This document shows, one piece after another, positions 41,456 through 52,923 of a stretch of 64,000 bases of DNA (position 1 is the stretch's first letter; each line of letters starts with the position of its first letter). A program made the position numbers and the translations under genes. This DNA is from the human T2T-CHM13v2.0 reference genome, Homo sapiens, in assembly GCF_009914755.1 (NCBI RefSeq), contig NC_060929.1; one strand, written 5' to 3'. The notes beneath the pieces were generated by a model. It saw nothing but the letters and a program-made list of their open reading frames with translations. It was not told where the DNA came from and did not search any database.

Positions 41456-44400
41456 TAGAAGATTGCTTTGAAATTTTTTCTCATGCTGGCTGTGGAGAGA
41501 GTCTCCAGTGCTGTTCATTGGGTATTTCTGCTTCTGGGCAAATGGTGAAGTGGCATTTCCCCTGGTCTTGGAGTCACATGTGGCCATGTGTTTTGGTGTG
41601 GTGGTGTCCTTTGCACTGAGGTTTAGAGCTAGGGTCTCTGCTAGCAGTGTTACTTTGATTTCTATCTGTAATTACTACTTGAACATATATATCCCCAGAG
41701 CTCTCAGTGGGAGGATGCCTGTGGTTTGATGGTAGGACTAGGGTAGTTTAAGACTCCTTAGCCATAATATTATATAGTTGCAGGCCAAATAAACCTAATT
41801 TCTAACACTTTTCATCAGTGTAATTCTCCAATTTAGCTAGCCTAAGCTCATGATTGATCTCAGTAGAAAACGTTTATCCTTGTTCCCAGTATTGTCAAGC
41901 ATGAATTAGTTCATTATCAGCTAACATATTTTGAGTGCTTACTATTTACTGAGCAATATCATAAGCATCTTACATGAATTACATAATTTAAGTCACAAGA
42001 ACCCAACTTTAAGCAGATTCTATTATTGTACTTCTTTACAGTGGAAAGCAGGAAGTTTAAGGAACTTGCTGGTAGGTAGAACAGTTAGCAGTACAACATT
42101 TCTCTCTGACTCTGGAGATGGTGCTCTAAACCTCTATGCCACATTGCTTATCATATATCTTAGATTGTTTTTTCTTTCAGGACAATTTTTCTTTCAGGAC
42201 AGTGGGTGGTGAGGGTTTTCTTATGGTGGAAGATGTATGCATAGTAAAGATGCATCCTAGGAAGAACTTGCCGTTCTCCTTCAGTCAAGCTTATCCTGCC
42301 TGAAAACAGCAATTTGAGACACTGGGTCTCAGTATGTATCTTCCCTCCTCAGAAGTCAAAGTGGGAAACTGACCTTGTATGGCTGCAGTGCTTGTTTCTC
42401 TTACACTAAATACAAAGCCTTTGGTAGTACCTCAGGGGACATCAGATAGAAAAGCAAGTACGGGCTGATTTGGGAAATTGGTGCTATAAGCACCTCAGAA
42501 TCACAAACGTAGGGTTTCCTTAATTAGAGAGGTGGCCCTCCAATCAATATTCTTGCTATTCTTTGCTGTGCCATTCTCCTTGCTTTCCAGCCGGTCACTG
42601 TGGGGATTTTCAGCTGACGGCGGTGCAATTCTCCTGGGGCTGTGCAAGGAACAGAGGGGGAGAGAGAGCATAATTTGTTGGCCTGTTATATGGGGTTGCT
42701 AAACCACGGGATTGCATTCATCAAAGCCAACATAGCTCCCTGCAACGTTATATTCAGAATGCATGTTACATGGTTCACTTAGGAGTGATGGCAGGATGCT
42801 GCAGCTATGCTGAAGCATTGGAAATGTTTAGGCATTTTGAGTCTTTTTCCTTTCGTGGTAAGAAGAGAATATCCAAAACTCCAGGTAGGAAACCACACTG
42901 TCCCAAGACCTGAACTCTGCTCAGATGTCTGTTAGCTGCTGCGTAGGAACATGCAAGTATTTGAGGAAGAACAATGGAACTTTCCTATTGCTATGGGAAT
43001 CTGAAATTAGAACTTTGTTTATCTGTCTTCCTACCCAATAAAGGAAACAGAGGTAAGAAGAAGGAAAACAACACCACATTTCTTCCTAATATTTATTTAA
43101 TACCATGTTAGGCACTAAATGATTAATGCATTATCTCATTTAATTTTCACGACAATCCTACAAAGCAGGGCTATGGCTGTGGCATCCATAGCCTAAATGT
43201 GAGGAATTGAGGATTTGAATGACGAGTAAGTTGTCCACACTCCCACAGGAATTGAACTCTGGTCTTACTCGGGAGCCCCTTCTCTGAAGCATTGATTCCA
43301 ATTATGTTTCCATGGAATTAGGAATTTCCATTCCAGATTTGATTAATCAGGATTCTCTCATAATCCCTGCTGCTGGTATGTATAGAATAAAACTAATTCA
43401 TCTTAAGGCATGGTCGAAATAGGTCACCTAGGCTATATTTACAGGGATAATGTAATTATAACAATTTTCAGGAGTGTTCAGCCTTCTCTAAAGTAAACAT
43501 TAGTGAGGAAAGATAAGTTAGGGGCCCCAATTAGCCAGATTGGATCGGTTTCACTGACTTGATGCATAATTCTCTAGTTCTCTTTTCTTAAGTAAACACA
43601 GCTGTGATGTACCAGTGCATGCCTTGGTATGCCAGAATCCAGATGTAAGATGGAAGTTCTCAAAAATAAGTCTAGAAACTGTGTTTATCATCTCGTTCCT
43701 TGCTACCTTGCCTTAGGACTATGTATTTATTTGGCATAAAACCGAAAAAGAAAACACAAGCTCAGCTAAATGGTTCCTTTATAACCTGGAGGAAAAGACC
43801 TTGAGTAGTGACCTCCAAAGAGTTATATCAATAAAAAAAATCCCTTAAAATACTTCTATAACTTGAGTTCTTTGCTGTTGTTGTTAAAGAATGAATTGGC
43901 ACATGATTTCACTTGCTCCCCATATTGGGATAATGAATATTCTAATAAAATGTCAGTTTGCTTTCCCAAAGAGTGTTGTCCAACACAGAACACATATATG
44001 ATTCCTGAAACTTATTCTTCATTTAGGAAGTCAGTTAATGCTGATCAAAGAGCATGTCAACAGAAGCAGTGAAGAGAAAGGAAAACAGAGGGAATTGAGT
44101 TGGAATAGGGGTGAATTTACACACTTCAGCGTCAGGGTTTGAAACTGTGAAATTCAACAACTATTCATTGAGGACTTCCTCAATGTAAGGGATTGATGCT
44201 CTACACTGGGGATAAAAACATGGATTTGTTGGCTCTCAGTGACTATATCCTGAGATGAATGAAGTTTACAACTGAGAAGTTTAGCCTAATGCCTATTTTT
44301 TAAAAGCATTTACAGAACTGTCTGATTAAAGAGTGTTCTTCCCTGTACTAATGTTAACATAGGCAAAAGAAGAAACCAATTAAATATTGAATGGCAAATA

Positions 44401-45157
44401 GAATTCCTTTCATGTGACAATACGGATTGAGGCCAGTCTGGGCTTGATTAGTGATGTCTGTCATAGGCATAGAAGGGGAAGATAGTGGCATGAAAATAAT
44501 ATGTTTGATATCCCTAATGTAAATTGTATGGTTTGAGCTATGTCTGTTTCTCAAATAGCTTTTTCACTGTTTCACGGCAGTACCTGAAACTCTTGCCCTT
44601 TATTTACTAATTGTTCTATATTACTATTATTTTTAGTAATAAAAGCTAACATGGGTTAGGTTCTTAGTACATACCAGGAAGTAAGTTAAATACTTTGTAT
44701 ACAGCATTGTATTTATTCCTATTTTACAGATAAGGAGAGTGAGACCTATTCTCTAGAAACTGAACCAAGGTGCTTTGGTTTCCAAAGTCTATGCCTCAAA
44801 TTGCCACATTTTTGTGATGCATTCTTCTTGGGGTTCTATGAGATGTTTCATGCTTCTTCTCTTCATGATTTTAGGAGAACATCTCTCCTGAGAAACCAGA
44901 GAAATATTGAAGGACCCATATATAATAAGAACATGGAGAACCAAGAATGCAAAACACAGACCTAGAGCAAACTTGACTGTAATGTGCTGCTAGCCACAAT
45001 TTCCTAGGTTCAGTAAGCCACGGGCTCATCAAAAGGCACTGGCCTACTTACTGAAAGGCCTTCTTGAAGATCCATTGCATTTCCTAAGATGTGGAGATTT
45101 TACATTTTGCTTTTATTAGGAAATACCTTAAAACTGTAGAGGACACAGAATGGGGAT

Positions 45158-45530
45158 TGTCTTAGTTCAGGCTGCTATAACAAGGTACCATAACCTGGGT
45201 GGCTTGCAAATGATAGAAATTTGTTTCTTATAGTTCTGGAGGCTGGAATTCTGAGATTGGAATGCTGGTGTGGTTGAGCCCTGCTGAAGGTCTTCTTCTA
45301 GCTTGTAGACTGCTGATTTCTTGTCATATCCTCACATGGCAGAAAGAAAGTGAGAGAGCTCTCTGGGGTCCCTTTATAAGGGTGCTGATCTCTTATGAGA
45401 GCTTCACCCTAATCATCTACTTACTGCCCCCCATTCCCCCAAAGGTTCCACTTTCTAATACCATCACATTGGGGGTTAGGATTTCATTGTGTGAATTTTG
45501 GGGGGGATACACACATATCAGCCTGTTGCA
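45158..45530 (-). mobile_element. MaLR LTR, MLT1A0-like
   Basis: tgtcttagttcaggctgctataaca...ttatagttctggaggctgg...cctcacatggcagaa...taataccatcacattgggggttaggatttca...gca. About 373 bp. Confidence 0.88.
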
Positions 45531-46503
45531 GAAATATAGTGAGGGTGGAGGGGTGCTTAGAAAGCTACATGGCATGAGATGCTGCAGTGAATGCAGGTCA
45601 GAGAAGAACGTGGTTGTCACAGAGGGAATACTGTTCATTCACTTCTTTATTCAATTGCTCATTTATCCAACAAGAACACATGGAGTATCTACTTTGCTCT
45701 AGGAACCGTGCCAAATGCTGCGGATATAGGTTCCTGTTCATAGGGAGGTTTCTGAAGGGAGGAGGCAAACTCTAAAAATAAATGATATATTTACAGATTT
45801 TGCCTAAGGTTGCTCTGACTCTCACCCTTTCCACTTGAAGAGTCAGCTTTCTTCTTATTTGATATCTTTATTATTACAACACTCAAATCACCATTCTAAT
45901 TCTAAACCACATTGATGAGACATGAAAATACATATGCATCATATTAAGTAAAGAAAGGTCAAATATAATATTTTATCTACAACATGATCATAGGCCTGTA
46001 ATAATTATATGCATGAAAAAGGATGACCTAGCTTGAAAATGTTTCTGAAGATGTTGAAACATTTACGAGTGGAAGCTTGAAAAAAATAACCTGTCATTTA
46101 AAAGCTGCAAAGGTTTTCTGTCACGTAAGAAAGTCAGCTTTCCTAACTTCACTGGGTCAGACTGCTTCTTTATTCTAGAAAAATCACTGAGTTGTCTTAA
46201 TGCTAGCCATAGGTAAAGCAAGAGCCCAGCTGTTATTTGGAAGGCTTGCAAAATCACAGGTGAGAAACCAAAAGTTCTGTGTGGTCATGTACATTTTTGC
46301 CTATATATGAAGCAAATCTTCTTCGGTTTCTCATATCCTTGTGAGCTAAGACAGCACTGTGCCCTAACTCTGGTTACCTGTATCTGGGGTGGCCTGGGGA
46401 TTATTATTTGAACTGTTGCCTCCCAGGGAAGGTGACTGCAAGGAGAATATGAAGATAGGGTCTTCTTTTCATGCTGGGAGAATCAGACTGGGCTGGGAGT
46501 AGT

Positions 46504-46720
46504 TGATACCCATGCCATCCCAACACAAACCCCACCCTCACCCACAACCCAGAATCAGTGCACTTCTCAAAGTCTGGATCAGCAGATCTCAAATCAGACA
46601 CCAGGACTGGACTGGGCTGTTGATGTCTGATTTGAGATCTGGTGATCCAGACTTGGAGAAGTGCACAGATTCTGGGTTGTGGGTGAGGGCAGAGTTTGCA
46701 TTGGGATGGAAAGGGTATCA
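46504..46720. repeat. Long inverted repeat (100-bp arms, 17-nt spacer) in unique sequence
   Basis: Arm 46504-46603 versus the reverse complement of 46621-46720 gives 89/100 identity with no gaps by manual alignment. The ORF track shows nearly the same peptide (MSDLRS.DPD.EKCTDSGLWVR) on both strands. Confidence 0.97.
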
Positions 46721-48130
46721 GTGCTGTTGATCATCCTGGTAAGGGATGGATCCCCTAGGAATAAAGATTATGGCCTGGGCTGAGGGAAAACATCTTTTCT
46801 CCCTTGGAGACATGGCTGTGAGATCTGGACTATAAGAAAAGGAGATGTGTTTGACTACACTCTCAGTTGAGATCAGGTTGGGAGGTATCTTAGAGTTTCC
46901 CAGAAGCAGTATCTGGGCCTCATACTAGGTCTAGAGGAAGGTTTTTTTCTGTTATAGTTTCCGTCTGTTCTTCCTGGACTTTACATACAATCTTGTTAAT
47001 AGTTGGAGCCAGGTCCTAATACTGCTGTGGGGAATTAAAGGAATTAGTCCTGAATCTATTAGTCCTGAATCCACTTTGAGGATTCAGGACTAAAGAGAAG
47101 GCTCACCTCTCCTTTCCCTCTGAGGCCAGTGTGTTGGAGCCAACTGCAGCCAAAGAGACACCTGGGACCCTACAACCGCAGGAGAGGCAGGCTGCTGTGA
47201 AAGCTCATGTAATTGCCACCTCCTCTTCCCAACCCTCCACTCCCCACCCCTCCATTCCCCACCAATTGTCCTAAGTACAGAAAGGTGACGGAACCTTCAG
47301 AAGGAGGGGAATGGATGCTAAGGTCTAGCAGTCAAGCTAGGAAGGGTTTGGAGACCTGGGAACAGAAAGGAAAAGAAAGGGATGGTTAATGAAAAAAAGT
47401 AAGAGGGATTATAGAGAACTATTTTTTGTCATTTCATTTCTATGGTTATAATATTGGTTTTGCAGTAAATCAAGAAGGCTTGTGACACTATTATTGTTAC
47501 TGTACCATCTACAAATGTTGTAGTCCCTGTGCAAAGAGGGGTTAACATTTGACATTAACTCGGTCAGCTAAAGTCCAACATAAAAACTGGAGGTGTGTCA
47601 TCTGTTATGATCTCTTTCACATAAACCTACTAATTGAATTTTTTTCATGCCCCAGGTGGGAGCTTCTTGTGTTTTAATATATACTGAGGCCCTTTGTGTA
47701 GTTCTTGTGAGTCTCAGCAGGGGAGCATGCTGGTCAGTTAGCACTGCCAGCCTTATGAAGAAAAATCACTGTATTCTTGCTATGATTTACACAATAATTT
47801 TAATTTTATTTCTTTTTAGAATACAAAGTACATATTTGTGGTTCTAAATTAAGAGGTATTGAAGGCAAACAGTGAAAATACTGCCTCTGATGTGCTTCCA
47901 GCCTTCCAGCTCTCCTCTTCAGAGACAATTCTGTTACCAATTTGTCATGTATTTTTCCAAAGGTAGTTTACGGGTACATAAGCAGATTCCTCTCTCTATG
48001 ATATTCTGCACATTGAAATGCTCTTCTTGAGCCTGGGACTCTGCTAAGCATTTTACATGCTTGGTGTTATGCAAATCTCATAATCAACCTATGAGTAGTT
48101 ACTCAGGTAATGTTAACTGAGACTCAGAGA

Positions 48131-48334
48131 TGGTGGTCTGCTGGGCTGGTTTGTACCAGCTTGAGTGAGCCAATAGTTAAACTGTTAGGAATTTTGTGAT
48201 CTGGGTTGACCACAGGTTAGCAGCTTGAAACTGGCCACAGTGGGAGCATTTGCATCTGTGGAAATTGGCAAGTGCTACAAATCGCATTTCCTCCCTCCAC
48301 AGCTGGTTGTTCCATGTTTACCAGCACACTACTT
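48131..48334 (+). mobile_element. MER63A (hAT-Blackjack) nested in a MIR
   Basis: agcttgaaactggccacagtgggagcatttgcatctgtggaaattggcaagtgctacaaatc and end ttaccagcacactact. Degenerate 8-bp TSD ctcagaga (48123-48130) / cttagaga (48335-48342). MIR sequence resumes as gaggttaagtgacttg. Confidence 0.8.
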
Positions 48335-48432
48335 CTTAGAGAGGTTAAGTGACTTGTTCAAAATCACAAACAAAAGGTAGAAGATTCAGGATTTGAACTT
48401 CACCATCTCTGACTCCAGGTCCTGTGCTCTGA

Positions 48433-48842
<410 letters not shown>

Positions 48843-48884
48843 CTCTCTCTCTTTTTAAACACTTTCATTTTTATGGTTAGTGTC

Positions 48885-49190
<306 letters not shown>

Positions 49191-52027
49191 GGTTAGTGTC
49201 CTAATAATTTGTTTTCTTCTTATAAAACTAATCCATGCTTATTGCAGACAAGCTGTAAAATGGAGAGAGATATAAAGAAGATAATAGCCACTACCCAGGA
49301 AATAACCAGTGCTAACAGTTTATCACCTTCTATTGACTTCGACCTTTGTGTTTCTGATCACTTGAACTTGATCCCTATTTGGTGCCTCTGTTTTGCCTTT
49401 GGACTTTTTCCTCTCTGATTTTCACCTTGATGTTCCTTGGTACCTTTCACCTTGTCTGTACACCTGGAAGTCCTAGCTGTGACATGGACTGCAATTAACC
49501 CCATTTTAGAGCGGTCATGTCAAGGATCAACAAGTAAGGTGAACAGACGATGTAGTCAGCTTTATTCTTGACCCATACCCAGCATGGCGAGAGGCTCACA
49601 AAGTAGGAGGTGCCAGGAAGCCAAAACCAGGGGAGGAAACCACTGACTCCTACAGCCTGATTCACCATCATTAGGATGTGTGTGTCTCTTGAGTGGAATG
49701 GAGGGCAAAATCACACACACTATTTAAATTGTTATTTCTCTCCCTCTCATTATCCACTCCCTGTACCAGCTCATGCACAGTCGTTGAATTTATGTAATTT
49801 GAATGTGCAAATGACGTGTTTTCTCTGGCAGAGAAGCCAGAAGAACGGAAACACTTAGCCTTCTGAAACATCGACAATGGGTTGGTCAACATTAGTGTAT
49901 TGTTAACTGTAACAGCTAGCAGAATATTATATTTTACCTCTGGAAGCATCTGTAATACAATATCTGGTTATGTGTGTGTGTGCACGTGCGTGTGTGTTTC
50001 ACTATATATATATAAAATCAGAGTAACTAATTCTGCATCAGGTAAATGGATTAGGGGGAGTTAAAGAGGAGCCATTTTCTTCACGACATTTCAACAATGA
50101 GTAAATGGCATAGAGAAACACAGGCTGTCCTGAGAGGCAGAGGCTGTCCTTGGCTCTGGGCTATGCGAGCCCTATGGGTTCTGAGCACCAGTGATACAAA
50201 TTGTGCCAATCTGCTAAAGCGGACCTAGCTTCCCAGTGGTTTTGTGACTGTCGCCTGCCTCTGCATCTCTTATAATGAAATGGTTCTTGGACAGCTGGGT
50301 TATCAGCAAAGAGCTATGTAGGAAGTGCCCTGCCCAATTAATCAGATGTCATTCTGACCAGATTTCTTTAGCACATTGCTTCATGGTAAACAACAGAGTA
50401 TTAATAAACTAAAATCAAAAAGAGACAAAGGAGAAAGGCATCATTTTTATGTATACTTAAGGCATATTTTTCCATTTCTGAAACTTGAAAAATAACCATC
50501 TGGAAAGAATCATATTATAGACAAGGCATGTCATGACATTTATAGCAAATATTTTTGCTGTGAGGATCAGTATTCTCTCATTGCCCCATCAACTGCCATA
50601 TAATCAGATACCCATAAAGTATTCAATAAAAAGAGGGTTCCAGCAATACATCAATAGTGCAGGAATATGTTTTAAGTGTTCACATTTTCCTTTGTTTATC
50701 CTTCTTTTTAAACACACAGTTTTGCATCACAAACCCCCTTTAGCATTCGTATTTGTTTCTTTGCCTTTCAGCCACCCAGTCTTGGGCAAATGACATTAAA
50801 CTGCACCACTGCAAAGAGATCTCTGGCATAAATAAATGTATCAGGAGGTCAAGAGGTCAAGAGCATAAATGAGGCAAAGATTTCAAAGAAATCACCGACC
50901 AAATGATTTATAAATCATGGAAAACACTGCTCCGGCCATAAAAGAGAAATTAAATTTATACATCATGAGCTTCAGGATGCTTTGGGTTCTGGTGGGTAAC
51001 TGGGTTAGAAATGGAAGAGCTTATGTCATCCTGTTGTTGGTTCGGAGCCTTGTTATAGCGGCATTTACCCCGGGACTCTAAATCAGGAGGACTGAGATTA
51101 AACTCTCCCTCCCTTCTTCTATGTCTTCAGAAACATTTGCTTTTACCTCTGACCTGAAATTCCCACTGCACCAGGCTCAGCTCTGGAGTGGGGTGGGAAC
51201 CAATTCACTGTTGGGCAGAAATGATCATACCTGTGAGTGAAGATGGGCACTATCATGCCTCCCATCTGTTGGAGAAAGGCTGACAGCCTCCTACCTTTGT
51301 TTTTAGGAAAGCAACACAGAATTATAGCATCTACCCTGGCTGGCCAAGGAAGCTGTGAAACCACAGACTGCTGGAACCTAACAGCCCAAGCATCTATAGG
51401 AGAGAATAAAAACGAGCCAGGCTCTGTAAAAAGAACAATAATACTTTATGCTATAATGATCTGTAATGGGAAGCTGTCCAGAACTTTTACAACTTAAAAA
51501 TAATCCTCCTTTTTGCCATATTTTCTTGAAAGATGTGCTATCTAGCCATTCCTCTTTTCTACTCCCCCTCCACTTCTTGTCCTATTATGTTTGGGGAAAA
51601 TATCAGATTGGAAACTGTAAAGCTTGAAAGCATCCATTTATTTTAGCTTTACATGAATTCATGAAACGTACACAATGATCTCTATATAAAACTGCAGTAA
51701 TTTAATGGGGAAGTTGCCGAAAACACACTCAATTGGGAACGTCACTTCCGAGTAAAACAGATGTGAAGCAGCAAATGACACCATGAGCAGCCATCAGACT
51801 TTGGAATTGATTGCTGTTCTTTATGACCTAACCGATGGAGACTTAAACATGGGGCTCATTTTAAAGTTTTCCTGGAAACAAATTTTGTTAATCCCACTCA
51901 ATGGAAACAATATGCTAGTTCTGAGCTTGAAATACAGATCTGTGGTGATGACAGAGAAAAAACAATATATTGTGTCAAGATTCTTGTGCTTTCACAATCC
52001 AAAGTAGGATTTCAGAGGAGCTCTAAG

Positions 52028-52290
52028 TTTCTTTCCTTCCTCTCTCTATTTCCTTTCCTTTCCTTTCTTTCCTTTCCTTCCTTCCTTCCTTCCTTCCTTC
52101 CTTCCTTCCTTCCTTCCTCCCTCCCTCCCTCCCTCCCTTCCTCCCTCCCTCCCTCCTTCCCTTCCCTACCTCCCTTCCTCACTTCCCTGCCTCCCTATTT
52201 TCCTTCCTTCCTTTCCTCCTTCCTTCCTCCCTCCTTTTCTTGCTTCCTTCTTCCTTTCTTTTTCTCTTTCTTTCTTTTTTTCCTTCTCAA
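52028..52290. repeat. CT-rich compound microsatellite: (CCTT)n, (CCCT)n, (CTTT)n
   Basis: About 260 bp of almost pure pyrimidine on the + strand. Confidence 0.95.
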
Positions 52291-52679
52291 GCTTTTCTCT
52301 TTAGCTTTTAGGTATTTGCAAGAACAAGATCTTTGGGGGTCAGTAAATTGTTGGTTATGTGCTTTACTAGTTAAATGTCTTAAGACACTTTTTACTAAAG
52401 CATTTGGGTGAAGGAAATGTGAAGTGCATTTTTTTCTTGAGCTACTTTTTGTAGGATTCTAAATTTAGGCATATGTTATAGGAAATTTAATCCTCAGCTT
52501 GTGGATGCATTTATGCTTAAATCATCAAAATTGGATTTGGAGTCAACTTGCTTAATGATAAGTCTCTGTAATCCCCCTTTTCTTTATAACTGGGAAGTTG
52601 AGTTTCATGGGTGAGGCCATAAACTCATGTTGTGTTTGGAATTCAGGTTCTTAAGAATTGGTTGGCAAAACCTCCACTG

Positions 52680-52923
52680 CTGGAAAATATTTGCAAACTA
52701 TTGGGCAAAGGCCTAATACCCAAAGGTCTAATATCCAGAATCTGTATGGAACTTAAACAAATCAACAAGCAAAAACCAAACAACACTATTATGGTCATTA
52801 CCTGAGTGATGAAATAATCTGTACACCAAACCCCTATAACACACAATTTATCCATGTAACAAACCTGCACATACACCTCTGACCCCACCCCCCAGCCCCC
52901 GCCAAAAAAAAAAAAAAAAAAAA
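52680..52923 (+). mobile_element. Older L1PA (PA10-16-like) remnant: short ORF2 piece joined to the extreme 3' end plus poly(A)
   Basis: gaaaatatttgcaaactat...caaaggtctaatatccagaatct...aacaaatcaacaagcaaaaa, then attacctgagtgatgaaataatctgtacaccaaaccc...gtaacaaacctgcacat and (A)20. Confidence 0.8.

Noticed and set aside
45262-45702. 146-aa ORF
   Set aside because: It lies largely within an MLT1A LTR and has no recognisable domain.
46404-46730. Two opposite-strand ORFs sharing a near-identical peptide
   Set aside because: This is a direct consequence of the DNA palindrome. There is no independent coding evidence.
51986-52411. 141-aa Pro/Ser/Phe/Leu-rich ORF
   Set aside because: It is the translation of a CT microsatellite that lacks stop codons.
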